DNA of 64,000 bases from Vitrella brassicaformis CCMP3155 (GCA_001179505.1 CDMY01000308.1:62001-126000); one strand, 5' to 3'; positions 26,319 through 39,584 are shown, counted from the first letter of the stretch. Notes: generated from the letters alone by a model not told the origin. Translations and numbers: made by a program.

Positions 26319-28229
26319 ATGACGTCCAACTTGACTGCAGCTGCAGGTGATTGATGCGATGGGGGGCAGCTGTTCGGTTTGGTCAGATGTCAGCTGCCTG
26401 CGGCTCGAGGACATCGAAATCGTGCATGAGTACGAAACCACTGAGGCGACCCGGCGGCTGACTGAGGGAATTGTCCGTCGCACCTTCACTTACCAGCAGC
26501 AAGTCACGGAACTCATCCAACGGCAAGAGGCCGACGCGGATCATGTGCTCATGCTGCGTGTGCATGGTCTCGAACCGGACAATATAGCGTGCCCCTGGCC
26601 GTATCGGCTTCTGGCGCTTGTCATCGAGAACCTGAGCGACCACACAGTGCCGACCATGGGAGCCCTGTGCAGCGAATCGGATTGGCGTGTACGTCGTGTT
26701 TGTTTCCCTCCCTGGCCGTCTCGTCAGCTGGAGGCGGCCATAATGAACGCTCTGGTTAGCAGCAGAGAGGCACATGCGAACTTACAGACATCATCCTGCT
26801 GTCTCTCTGTCTCTCTGTCTGTCTGTCTCTCTGTCTGTGTCTTTCTGTACGTCAGATCGACGGCGGGGCCAACATCGACAGCGTTGCCACCGGGGACGAC
26901 GACACGCCACTTCGTGTGGCCATTCGTGGGGTCAACCAGAGTGCCTTGAGAGTCCTTCTGGTGCGCAACGCTGCGGTGCATAGTCCTTATGGCCCCTTTG
27001 TCTTGGACCTGCCCGTGCCCCGCAGCGGCGAGCATCGTGACAATCCAGTGTGCCGCGACTACGAAAAAGGGCTCTTGTCGATCTATCGGCTGCTTATCCA
27101 GCATGATGCCACACTTGCAACCGAACAAGACCAGCAGCGCTGCAATCTGGTTCGAGCAGCCAAATACGAGCACGGGCACTATTCCCAGGCCTTCATCGAT
27201 GAGTACATAGACTTGCTGGCGGCAAACGGGGCTGATGTGAAAGCACAGAACAGCAATGGGTTGACGCCTCTGCACAATGCGGCATCGCTCGGCTCCACCT
27301 GTATGGTCGCCTCCCTGGGCCGCCATCTGACCGCTGCGGACGTCAACAGTGGGACCCGAGGCGATCCCAACAAGACGCCCCTAGCTTTAGCCGCAAGTGG
27401 CCTCGAATCAGCGATTTGGACATCGGAGAACGACACAGAAAATCAAGAACAAAAGGACAAAGCGCTCAGCGAGATTCCCCGCTTCTGGGCGACGATCCGC
27501 GCGTTGCTGAGAATGGGGGCCGACATCGACCGCATGCCCACAAACACCACTGACCAGATCGGTCGTCAACAGCTGGTGCTGCCCGACTACATGATCGTCC
27601 TGAACGAGTTGCCCACTGCGGCGATGTCAGCTGTCAATGCGGCCCTGCGACCTCAACGCAGCCTCGCTGCCTTCCTCATGAAATCCCTCCCCACCCTGCT
27701 CGCCCACCTGCAGTGTCTCTCTGGCGCCTCTGTGGCCATCCCGCCTCCTATCCCCGCCTCCCATGGATATGGCCCACTCGAGGGAGAGGCCATTGGCTGG
27801 AAGATCGCCGCCATGTGCTTCGACTGGGATGCTGCTGCCACGATGATCAGTCATACTCTGCCATTCCGCAACAGCACCGTCGCTCGTCGCGTGACGGCCG
27901 CAGCGGATCACTTTGTCAAGTCGGCTGTCTTCGAGGCCAGCTGCAACAAGGAGGTGGTGGGCAGGACGACTAATGTCGGCGGCGAAACGGTGCGTGTCCC
28001 GCTGCAGTGCTTCGCCATCACGGCTGACAGCCGCCCGAATGAGGTCGTGCACACGCATGGCCGTCTAGGGCTGCGTGAGGTGGTGCACAGGGCCCGGCTG
28101 GACGAGGCGGCCCGGTATGACCTGGTGGGCGTAGTCAAGGGCTTCAATGAGCATTTGGGCATTGACGACTGCCAGCTGTCGTGGCGCATCGACGATAGGG
28201 GGCAGTGGGTGTCGCTCGAGATCGACTGA
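26319..28229 (+). CDS. Ankyrin-repeat protein with a large non-ANK C-terminal domain (lineage-expanded type)
   Basis: ANK motifs ALIDGGANID...DTPLRVAI, LLAANGADVKAQNSNGLTPLHNAA and KTPLALAA. The C-terminal exon runs uninterrupted to RLGLREVVHRARLDEAA...VSLEID* at 28229. Confidence 0.85.
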
Positions 28230-28603
28230 GCGGCTGCTGAAGTGGAGAGGGATATTAGACAGATTGGCCGAGTGATTTGTGAGGTGTAGTCGATCAGGAC
28301 TGAGCTGCTTTAGCAAGCTGCAGAGAGACAGCTTGGTGAATCTCATGACTGCGAGCCATATGTCAGTGGCAGACACTTCAATACGTCTGCGTGTGTACGA
28401 ATGCCGTGACCTGTCTCGAGTGAGCCTCATCGGCTCACAGTGAAGTAGTTCACACACACAATGGTACACACACGCACAGGTGAGAAGGTAGACAAGCAGA
28501 GACAGACGTGTTGAGTGCGTGGCCACAACACAAACGCCATACACATACACCCACAGAGGCAGCACGGGCATATGTGTGTGTCGTTCCTTTGTGTGTGTTG
28601 CAG

Positions 28604-28682
28604 GTACGGTCATCGCCCGGGTGAGAGCAGCCACCGCCCCGAGTTGGCCTGGGTCTATGTCGGCAGCCACAACCTCAGCAAA
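28604..28682 (+). pseudogene. Orphan TDP1-like exon (second HKN region)
   Basis: AG-flanked exon G TAC...AAA|gtcagt encodes YGHRPGESSHRPELAWVYVGSHNLSK, matching the TDP1 W-x-x-x-GS-x-NLS motif. No neighbouring TDP1 exons were found nearby. Confidence 0.7.
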
Positions 28683-29624
28683 GTCAGTGAGCCAACAGAC
28701 AAACAACCAGTACTGTGTGGTCTCTCTCGCACCATCCTCATGTAACCGAATACACGACGTGTAATCAACACGTCCATGTGCATGTGCATGTCCATGTACC
28801 CAGCCGGATCGGGTGCATGTCGTATGTGCTTACAGTCGGGTCGATCGGGTGTTGTGTTGTGTTGTGTGTGATACTAGGTGCACACATCATACACGCGGCT
28901 ATGCACATCTCATTGGCCGCTTTTTTATGACTGACTCGGTCATCGGAAGGCCTTACTTGGGTGCATACAGACATTTCTTAGAGGCAAGTGATGAGGTGGC
29001 TGGAAGATGGGATATGAGGGCGCACCGGTGTTGTAGCTGCCTTAGATAGATGCGGGGATCAAGGTGTCAGCTTGGTGTCTCTCGTGATGTGGGAGTGGCA
29101 GGGGGAGGGGAGGGGTGAGGTATGGGTGGCAGCCAGCTCAGTATGTCTGCGTGGCGTCTGAGTGATGACATTGATGCGATTCCAAGGGAAAGCAGCGATT
29201 GGAGATGCAACAACAACAAAAAGTGTCTATCATCTGTCCATCCATCCATCCATCAACGCAGGCAGGCCAGGCAGCAGCAAACGACCCACGCACCACACCA
29301 CACAAGAGTGCATGCAGTGAAGTGAGTGCCCGATGGCCGCCATGGGAGTCGTGCTGGTGGCCATCAGGCACTCATCTCTCATGCGCCTGTCTGTCTGTCT
29401 GTCTGTCTACGCACCCCATATATTTACACACACCCAGCCGAAGTGGTCAATTTCCCACCCAGCCGCCTCAAACACACCGCAGCTAGCCATCGCTATCCCT
29501 CTATGAGACCTGCTTATAGAATCAACCGCCGCCCGAAAACATAGCCAATCTGACCATAGACACAGATAGACAGGCAGCTGCATCAACGCAGACCCTGTGG
29601 TGGGTTTCGGTGTGTCGCACCTGT

Positions 29625-31791
29625 CTACTGTGAGCCACGGGAGGCTGTCAATGTGATTAGGCCCCCCACCGGCCAATCATCCGCCCAGCTCTCCACCGTC
29701 ACGGGGAAGTGTCCGATCGTCGAGCCGTCGGGGAAGACGGCACGGATGGACGCGCGAGCTGGGTCTGATGCTCCGGCTGAGAGGCTCACAGACTGCGGCC
29801 CGGGGACGTGGTCGAACAGGGCCGACAGGAGGGCGGGGGTGAAGGCGGCACGAATGCGGTTGCCAGCACCCTCCGCAGACACTGAACACGCACACACGAG
29901 ACGGCAGTGAGAAAGAGATATGGATCGCATCTTTGTCTTTGCTCACCCTGATAGACGTAGAAGCACAGCTTGTCTATCCTCGGCAGATTAGTGCGATTGA
30001 CAGCAGCTACCATCTCCTCAGTCCCCAGCTCATCTAGAGCCCCCTCGCTCAGCCAAATCATCACCTTCCGCACCTCCCTCCCGCCGCCCAGAACTCCCAA
30101 CACGCCCAGCGCATCAACAGACAACCTCCTGGTGACGACCTCGGCCACCTGGTTGGCCATCTTGTCAGCCAGGAGATGACCGACACTCGCACACAGCCAG
30201 CCACAGATCCACAGCTGACCCGCTCTCGGGAATCGCTGCAGGTGCTCGATGATGGTGGGGTGCGGCAAGGGTGTGTGGGGTGGAGGCGGTGGGTCGATGT
30301 GGCCCCGCACAGACACCTTCTCAGCGCGATCGAATGAGAGGCTGGATGCGACGTCGACGGCCGCGTCGCTGGGGCTGTCGATAGGGTGGGTGAGGTCGTG
30401 CTGAGTGATGGCGTAGACCACACATCTCGCCCGCCGCGCGAGCTGGTGCATGATGGCCTTGAAGAGGGGGGAAGGATTGGGGGGGAAATCGTCGCTGTAG
30501 AACAGGGACAACTCGAAGTGCTGGACGAAAGGCGAGCTGCTGAATGCGACTTGGGCGTCGGGTCGGCAGCATGCCCTGCGGAGCGACTCGACCGACTCCA
30601 CGAGGGGAAGGATGCTGCCGTCGATGGAGCGAATCTCCATCCACAGGGTGAGCCGGGTGAGTGTCTGGCGGCATCCACGCGACCACAGCGCTGCCTGAAA
30701 CGGACACACGAGTGAGAGGCCATGAGAGAACAACACACCCGTCATCCTTCCCATGTGTTGGTAGGTCACCTGCAGTCGGTCCACCGCTGCACGAGCAGCG
30801 TCAGGACTGCCGCGAAGGACGACGGTGCCGATGCGTTCCAGATGTCCCAGAGGCCCCGGCTGCCCGGCCGCTGCCACCGGCATGTACTCAAACACACCCG
30901 CCCACTCGTCAGCCTCAAATTCCCCATCCACATGCCGCAGCGAACGAGACGAGCCGACGAACTGTCCCACATCACTCGCATCCCACCCCTGCTGGGCAAG
31001 GCGCTCGAATGACGGCATCAGCCAGCCCCTGTTGGCCAGGCCGGAATGAGCGAGAGTGACGCCACTGACAGTCTCGAGGGCGCCAAGGGAGGGGGGCGGC
31101 TGCACGATGGACGGGAGGGGCGGGTCACGTCGCTGCAGTGACTGCATCTCCCTCCTGGTCAGCTGGGCGCCCTCCAACGTGATTGTCCTCAGCGTGCTGC
31201 CCTGCATGTTGGCTGCCCGCCGGCCGGCAACGTGCCCCTCGATCGTCTTGATGAAGACATCAAAGCACCAGCAAACGGCGCCCATGGGATAGCGCAAGAC
31301 GATAGCTGTCAGCCGTGTGAGCCGGGCCGCCCATTTGGTGACCAGATCTAGAGGGACTCGCTGCCAGATGCGCCGCTCCGCGCTGTCGGATGAGCTTATG
31401 ATGAGGTTGCGGTGCTTCGGCAATGAGTGCTGCGAGGTGTTGTCCGACAGCTGGACGAGTAGACAGAGGGGGAGGAAGGCCGTGATGCAGGTGAGCAGGC
31501 CAGGCTGCACAAGATGAAGACAAAGAGCGACAGTGAGCCATCATCTCTCCATTGCGTCTGCCGTGATTTCCTCACCGTGTCTGATATCTGCTGCCTCAGT
31601 TCCCTCTCCCTCTCCTCCCTCTGTGCCTGTCGCCCCTCCTCATCGCTCGCAGCAGCAGAAGATGACGGCTCGGTGGCGGCCTCGCGTGGCCTGCAACGAC
31701 ACGCACATACAGTGGACGATGATCCAGCACACATTAAAGGCACGGCGTCCATCCATCGTGCAGCAATGCAGCCCCACCTGACGGCCGTCAT
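29625..31791 (-). CDS. Uncharacterised lineage-family protein with N-terminal F-box-like segment
   Basis: MTAVRPREAATEPSSS...RELRQQISDT|PGLLTCITAFLPLCLLVQL followed by a ~520-aa open exon block with LRR-like periodicity. Last exon ends GGLITLTASRGSQ* at 29625. F-box call is weak. Confidence 0.75.
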
Positions 31792-32466
31792 CGGCAGCAG
31801 CAGCAGCAGCAGCAGCGTCAGACATGACTGTCCGTCACCCAATGAAGCAAGCACCAGACATCGCTGTGGATGAAGCGCCTGAAACACGCCAAGCAGTGAA
31901 TGTGGTGCTATTGTCGGCCGAGCTGTCGGCGCGTTGCTGTTCGTCTTTGCTTCGCGGCACTCACTCGTGTCGTTCATCGTTCATCGATTTATCATCGATG
32001 TTTCGATGGAATGCCTTGCATCCCGATCAGCGAGCCACGAAAAGGGCAACATCGAAGTGAATAAGCTCATCATACGGGTCGAGCTCTTTGAGCTCGCATC
32101 CCCAGGGCACGCAGTGGGCGCGCTGGCGGTGCGTCGTGAAGTGGACCTTCTTCTGCTTCGCTCAAAGATATCGGCTCTGCTGTGTTGTCTCATCTTCCTT
32201 TTGCCCTTCAATTCGGGGGATTCGAAGGTGGGAGGCAGGGCAAGGGCGGGAAGCACAAGGGAGGCAGGGAGTGATGCATGCAAGAATGCTTCGATGCATT
32301 GCTGTCCTTTCACAGGCATTTGGCGTGAGCCGTTGCCGTTTCATCACCGCCTGCAGGCCGCCAGACAGGCTCAGCCGGGTGCGAGAGGAACACATGAGAG
32401 CAAGCCATCATGTAGGCAGCTTTCTCCTGTATCCTGCCTTTCTGGGTGTGCTGCTTTACAGACCCT

Positions 32467-34087
32467 ATGTCGTTGCAGCAGCTCTACGAGACGAGCCGGC
32501 GCGACAACACGGCAGACTGCTGGTGGGAGGAGGAGGGGGGCAACGACAGCCTCGGCCACCGGCTCTTCTTCGGGGTGAGCATTCTTCCCCCACTAGCGTC
32601 GCTGAAGTTCAGCGAGCAGACACCCGACCCGACGGATGGGTCCTACACCCAGGAGTGCGGCCTTCATGCGTGCAACATCGCCCTGCAGTACCCCGCGTTG
32701 CCACACGAGAAGGCGTACTTCAAGCGGACAACCAACGACGCCTTGACGGCCGACGGGGTGCGGCGCGAGGAGGACTGGCACCGACTGTGCCTGGGGGACA
32801 TCGGCCGATTCATCAGCAACAAGCGGAGAGACGACAAGGAGCCAGGCGTGGGCGAGGGCGAGAGGACGTCGAAAGGGGCGAAACCTACCACCTCACTCAA
32901 GGGGGTGAGTGATGAGGGAGGGAGAGCGATATGGTGATATCCGTTTGGCTCCTTCGTTGTGTGTGTGTGTGTGTGTATGGATGGATGTGTGTGTGTAGGT
33001 GAAGGGCGACGATAATGCGCTGTGTTCGAAGGTCGGTCTGCTCACGGACCTGAATGAGGAGAGGGCGGGGGCGGTGATCGCTATCATGCTACGTGAGGAT
33101 GAACACCTGCTGACCTTCAAGCCGCTGCGAGAGGGATTTTGGGCTGACGGCGACTCCATCGTCGCCAACAACCGCAGCCGCCGCCTGATGACTAAGAGGG
33201 ACACCGCAGAGAGGGTGACCAAGGTGCGCTCTCACATATGACACACATCACGCGACCAGCGACTTTTGTACTCTCATTTCGGTCCATTCAGGACTCCATC
33301 GTGGTGTTTGGGGACGAGAAGGCTTACAATGCGGCGAAGAAGCAACAGCAGGACAACCGAGATGCGCCCATCGCATTAGACGATGACGACGAGCTGCAGC
33401 CCCCGGCTCCAGCAGCAGCAGCCGCGGCAGACCACCCACCTCCCATCGACATGGAAGCCGAGGTTGGGGACAGCCATGCGCCCCAGCACCCTCACCCCGC
33501 ACCGCATTCGAAACAGCAGGCTGACCGACATGACGATGAGGGTATGGAGGTCGAGGTAGGGGGAGGCGGGGACGCTGCGTTGGCCGTGGGCATCGGGGGC
33601 GGCGGTGACGCTGTTGGGGGCGGCGAGGCACGGGCGGCTGCCCATGATATGGACATCGACAATGGCCATGGTGAGTGAGTCAAGCAGTGAACAGACAGAT
33701 CGACAGACAGGGAATAGGGAGGGGGAGGGAGGGAGTGTTCTTCGGATACACGCCTCAACATGTTTGTTGTGCGTGCCTTCACTGCAGAAGGGCGCGGCGC
33801 GCAGCAAGACGATGAGTACGCAGTCACACACACACACACACACACACACAACACGCAGCCCGACCGGTCCTCATGCACCTGTGTGGTCGATGACTGGTGA
33901 CTCATTCAGGTTGTCCCTCGCCGAGCGTCTCAAGGCCAAGAAGAACAACAAGAGGAAGGCCGCGGAGGGAGAAGAGAGAGAGCGCCAGGAGGGGCCCCCG
34001 CCGCCCAAGAAGTCTCGCTTGCTGGAAGAGATGGCCGACACGGACAGCTGGCAGGCTAAGAAGGGGCGCATCGACCTCAATGGCGGG
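32467..34087 (+). CDS. Divergent Josephin-like (ataxin-3 type, papain-fold) cysteine protease domain plus acidic linker and NLS-like exon; 3' end unresolved
   Basis: Five exons splice in phase. FSEQ...QECGLHACNIALQ, EHLLTFKPLREGFWADGDS and DSIVVFGD align by eye with ataxin-3 FHEKQ..LCAQHCLNNLLQ, EHWFTVRKLGKQWFNLNS and YSIFVVKGD. Confidence 0.65.
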
Positions 34088-34539
34088 TACCGACTCCGCC
34101 GCACAAGAGTGCGCGCCAGGCGGTGTGTGGACGCTACACGTGCCCTCAGCTAGTCCGGCCACATCTGTATAGTCCGATTAGCTGTGATGGCCGTCTAGAG
34201 AGGAGATTGGGGCCATCTGTATGTCTGCGTAGTCGGTGTTCGTGCGGGCGTCTGGTCGGTCTTTTTCTTTTCACACGACTTACTCACTCGTTGCAGTGTG
34301 GCATAGGTCCAGTCAGACATGGCCATCACACACACCCATACAAGGAGCCATGTTGATTCGTTCACTCCGGTGCCCGCCTCCCTGTGTGCCTGCCTGCCTG
34401 CCTGCCGCTGAGAGTCATGGGGGAAGGTCTGTCTGTCTGTTTTCCAAATGGTCTGTGATATGTGACGTCGATGGGTGCGGTGCCCCGCTCTCTGTTTCTG
34501 TTCATTCTTCACGAGCGGGAATGGGGGCGGGGGCAACGG

Positions 34540-37190
34540 CATGACTGGCGAGCGTTGGTGTTGCTGGCTATGGGACGGAATATGAGTGCGAGGTGCCCTA
34601 CTCCTATGACATCTGGCAGGCCCTGGCCACCCTCAGGTAGGTACCTAAAGCGGCTGGTCGGTGTATGTCTGTGTGCACTTGTATGTTTGTCTGTCTCTGT
34701 CTGTCTGTCTGTCTGTCTGTCTGTGTATGTGTTGTCTTCAGTGTGCGGCTGACTAGGCGTACGTGGCTGATTGGCTGACGCGCACCGTCACCCAGATGCC
34801 CTTGTTCTTCGAGCGCCGCGACAACCTCTGTCTGGCAAGGGAAGGAGACCAACAAAGACGGCACAAGTAAGTCCACTACATGCAGCTGGATGCTGCAGAG
34901 AGGGCTCGATACACAGACACGCACGCCATATGGATGTGTTCCTCCCTCGTTGTTGGGCATGTCTGGAGGCCTTCAGGTCATCATCATCCCAATCTTGGCG
35001 ATAATCGTCGAGCACCAGGCCTTCCCCGCGCCCACCGACGCAGCAGCCGTGATGCAGTGCGCCGACCAGCCTGTGTTTCCTGGAGCCGACCTGATTCGGA
35101 AGGTCATGAGCGACATGCTTCAGCAGAAGGACCAGCAGGGCAAGCAGTACACACCTGCTGAGGACGCGCTCAAGTGAGGGAAAATGGGGGTGGGGGCGGG
35201 GTGGGTCGATGAGCAGACGCATGTGTGTATTCGTGTTTTGTTCTTTCTCAGGGTGGAGTTGCTGCGTCTGGCCACCAACCATTCTGGCTCAGTCGGTACG
35301 CGCACAACGGGCGTAGAGCCACCTGCGGAGCGAGCTCAAGACCGTCTAGCCAGCTGTGGGGCTAAATCACCATCTGCAGGTTCGCCGACGCATACGACAC
35401 GCCCTCCAAGATCACCGTCCAGGCCTTCTATGTGGCGCTGCTGAAGCAGCACGAGGACGACACCGCGCGCGCCCTGGACATAATGACCCCGCGGATCGGC
35501 GACTCGGGTGTGCCCAATTGGGTGCGGTGCGCACTGCGGACTCTCATTGACGAGGGGCAGGCACAACGTCAGCCAAACCGTCTACATATGGGAGCTGGTC
35601 AGTCAGCTGGCACACACACGCATGTGGATCCATCCATGCGCTCTGTTGGTGGTTGTGTGAATATGTGTGCGTGTCAGATAATTCGCCACGCCGAAGGCCA
35701 AGTTCACCGCCTCGGCCTCGGCATCAGAACACAGACGCGTCGCACTAGACACGGCAGCGCTCGTCGTCTTGGAAGTGGCAGAGCGTCCCGTCTCAAGTGG
35801 AGAGAGATACTCCAGCCAAGGAGGGCCTTGCTGTTTGCTCCTTTCCCTTCGCGAGCAGCAGACGGCCCGCCCTTCTCGAAAGAGAGTCTGGCAAGGCAGC
35901 AGCACTGCGGCGGCAGCAGCGGGTGAATGGTGCACACAGGCAAGGCAGCTTCAAGCGGGGATTGACTCTTCGGTTCGCCAGCTTCAAGCGACGGGCTTGA
36001 CCGATTCTAACCCACACGTAAGCCATCAAAAGGACAATCCATGCACGCATACAAAGGCACCTCTGTGTGTGTGTGTGTCGGTGTGCGTCGCTCAGTTGGC
36101 GGCGATGACGGTGACGAGACGGCCATAGACGAGAGCGACATCCGCACGCCGGCCGATCTGCTGATGCAGCGCCGCGACAAGCTCGACTTCGGCATTCTCG
36201 TCAACTTCCTCATGCGCACCGCTCTCCATCTCAGCGTCAAGGACGACTTCAATCTGAGGAAGCGCGCTTTCGACCTTTTCTGAACGTATGCCAGCACTAA
36301 TAGAACAACACACAAAAGCCATGTGTGTGCCGGGGTGTGTGTTTGTGTGTGTGGCAGGTCGCTTGCGTTGTGGCGATGATCAACTACCTCGCTGCCTCAC
36401 AAGAAGCTGCAGAATCTGTCGCCATACGACCAAAGTACTTACTGGACTGGTACGTTGACCTGTCAGACACGCGCCCACAACACATACGATCTGCTGTGTG
36501 TGTGTTTTCTGTGTGGTGTAGACGGCGCTGATATTGACGGGCAAGATGCTGGAACAAGAGCGGAACGTCCGCCGTCGCCACTCCCCTGGCTGTGGCCATG
36601 GGACCATTCAGAAGCGAAGGCGTCCCCAACAGCGTCATTCTGGTGCATGCATCAATCAGCGAGCTCGTGCAGATGGCCGCCTGCCGGCTCTCGACTACCT
36701 CCCCACCTGCGAGTTCCTTGACGGCATGGTCGGCGGGTGCAGCACCGTTGGCGACGTCCTGCGGAATGAGGACTATGCCGCGGCCCTCTGGCGGGAGCTC
36801 TTCGCCCAGCTGTGGGCGACCTTCAGGGGCGGCGAGAGAGAGCGCATCGCTGAGGCGCTCGTCAATTTCCTCGGCAGGAGCTCCACACGCAGCCAGGAGC
36901 GGTTCGTGCCGAGAGTACATCAAGTGGTGCTGGGGGGCGCTTTAGGGTGCTCGCCCGACATTTGCAAGTGGTCGCCCCACCAGCTGGACGGATCGCGGAA
37001 CCTGACAAGGGATGGCAGCCTCCACAGGTATGTATCGGCAAGCACACAGAAATTACTCCTTTCACCTGTCTCTGTGGGTGTGTGCAGTGTCTGAACATGA
37101 TGTACCTACCGTGATCTAGAGGACGACTATCGATCGCGATGGCCTCTGCTGCCGCACCCGCGTCAAGTAGTTGGAGACCAAGCAGGCGAC
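34540..37190 (+). pseudogene. Multi-exon helical-looking coding region; possible disrupted continuation of the Josephin gene
   Basis: Coding-like exons (VIIIPILAIIVEHQAF, FADAYDTPSKITVQAFYVALLKQ, RRDKLDFGILVNFLMRTALHL, DYAAALWRELFAQLWATF) but splice phases clash at several junctions. Confidence 0.45.
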
Positions 37191-37562
37191 TTCCCTAATG
37201 CGGCACATCCACGGCCACTAGTGAGACACAGAGAGGGTCGGCAATTGCACACGCCCCACCACATTGCGTGTGTGTGTCTGTGTGTGTGTGTGTGTGTGTC
37301 TGTGTGTGTGTCAGAGTTGGTTGAGGGCGTGAGTTCCCCCTGCCCAACCTCCGACGCCACCCTAGGATACGCAAGCAGGCTTGCGCGAGAAACCGCTCAA
37401 ACAATGGTGAGTGAGTGAGTGGGTTCACACACCTGGGTGAGACGAGCCTGCCTGCCTGCCTGCCTCTGTGTGTTTGTTCAGCCGCAATGTCCTTCAGCAG
37501 TGGCGTGCCTAGAGTGCTGGTTCGGGGTGACCATCCCCGACGCGCAGAGAGAACTGTTTGCT

Positions 37563-37940
37563 GGCCGGCCTCTCCATGGGCGCATGTGGGGATCACTGCG
37601 GGGGGGCGGGACCTCATATCCCGACCCTTCACAAGTGGCCTCACCGTGTCAACTGGGGATGTGCCGGCCGGCCAGCCAGCCACGGAAGCACGCACACTTT
37701 CAGTCGCACCCACCGTCTGCTCTGTTTTTCTTACCTTTGTGTGGTGGTTGGGTGGGTGTAATGGAGCTGTTTCTCTTGGCGTGGCTGCGTCTGCATGGCT
37801 GTCGACCGCTTGTTCTCTTGTCTGGCCGGCCGGCCTCTCCACGGGCGCGTGTGTGGCGGTCGCTGCGTGGGGGCGGGACCTGATATCCCGACCTCCACGT
37901 TTGTGTCGTTGCCGCGTGAACGTGGAGATGCGCCGGTCGT
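37563..37940. repeat. Imperfect direct repeat, ~110-bp homology at 265-bp spacing
   Basis: ggccggcctctcca(t/c)gggcgc...ggggcgggacct(c/g)atatcccgacc at 37563 and 37828. Confidence 0.75.
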
Positions 37941-39584
37941 GTCGCGCCAACACCACCACCCCTTGTCATTTTGCTGTTTGTTTTTCTCACCACTCATTTC
38001 TTTCGCACCATCTGGGACTCGGTGTCCACGTTGATTGATTCGACGAGTGCGTGGATGATCATGAAGGCGTTGCCGGCCGATGGACGCACGCATCTGTGTG
38101 CGTGTTTCCATGCGGACTTACGCGACATAAGTGCTATTTGTAACACGTGTGCCTGCTCATGGTATGTAAGTACTACCTACTACCTGATCTGTGTCTCGTG
38201 TGGTCGGTCACCGGCAGGCAGGCAGGCAGGCAGGCAGGCAGACTTGCGCACACAGCAGCGATTTCGACCGATAGGCAGGCATAGTGGCTGTGATTTAAGT
38301 ATAGGTGTAGCTAATAGACGGGCACTGACTGCACCATGGCTGTCTCCTGCACACTCACTGGATTGGGTGCAGTTGGCCGCTGCTCACCTACTGCATATTT
38401 GTGCCAATTTTGTCGTCTTTTTGTCGTCTTTTGTTCGCCCGCTGCTTTGTGATTCGGTTCGCATCACACGCACGCATTCGCCCGGGTGGTCGCTTTGGGG
38501 CGGGGTGGCGGTGGCCATGTGGAAGTGACAATTCAGTCATTCTATGAATCAAGACACACGCACATGGTGGCGTGCCCCTTTGGGTGGTTTGTGTGTCCGC
38601 CAGCTGTGTGTGCATCGGTCGTGTGTCGCGTGGGAAAGACGTTTTGTCGCGTGGAGAAAGGGGCAGAGAGCGGGGCGTCTGTCGGTTTGCCAAGAGAGCT
38701 GAATGTCTGTGTGTGTGGTCTGGTATTGTGACTGATCGTAGTCGTGTGTGGCCTTTGTTTATGTAACCGTGTACGCGACGTGTAATTGACGCGTCTAAGT
38801 GCTGGTGGCTGCATGCACACACATCTGCACAGCCCGATCCATCGATGGGGTGTAGTAGGCGATGGGCTGGCCATGAACATACGTGCGCCCCTGTGGCCGC
38901 TTCGGATAACTAGATTGGTCGCACAGAGACATTTATGCTATTCACGTAGGTAAACAGAGAGAGGGTCAGGTGTATGGGATGTGATGTGTCATGAATTGGG
39001 CGAAAGAGTCGGGGTGTTCTGACAGACTGCCCATGTGTGTCTGTGCGTCACAGTTTCCCAGATGGACAAATGCAGTGGACATCCACCCAAGTCAACCAGA
39101 CAAGGCAGCTGAGTGAGTGAATGCCGTCAAGAAGTCAGGTGGATTTCTGAGCAGATTATGGAGTAAGTTACATGGACCCTCATCGATCTGTTCGCCTTCG
39201 TCTGATTGACTCAATCCACCAGCCATCATGATCAATCCGACGGTTCGTACGAAGGGATCGTGTGTGCACGTGGCCCTTCCGATCAAATGACTCAACCCTT
39301 CACCAGTTGTTGGTAAACCAAGCTGATCCAACTCATGCACAGAGAGAGAGAGAGAGCCGACACAGCCGGGCGATAAAAGGACGATCTGTGTCTATCGTAT
39401 GTCCGGCCAATCATCCCACATACGAGGATCAATCACAGTGAATAAAGTATCGTACATCATACAGACAGACAGACGGATATGTCTGGCGTCCGTGATTGCA
39501 GAAGCTGATGACAACGATAAAACACCACACACATAAAGTGCTCACGGAAGATACACATCGAGCAGGCCACACACGGACGGAAAA

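Noticed and set aside
1-34087. Functional link between ataxin-2 and the ataxin-3-like (Josephin) gene
   Set aside because: The shared name reflects human disease, not homology; they are 26 kb apart with unrelated genes between.
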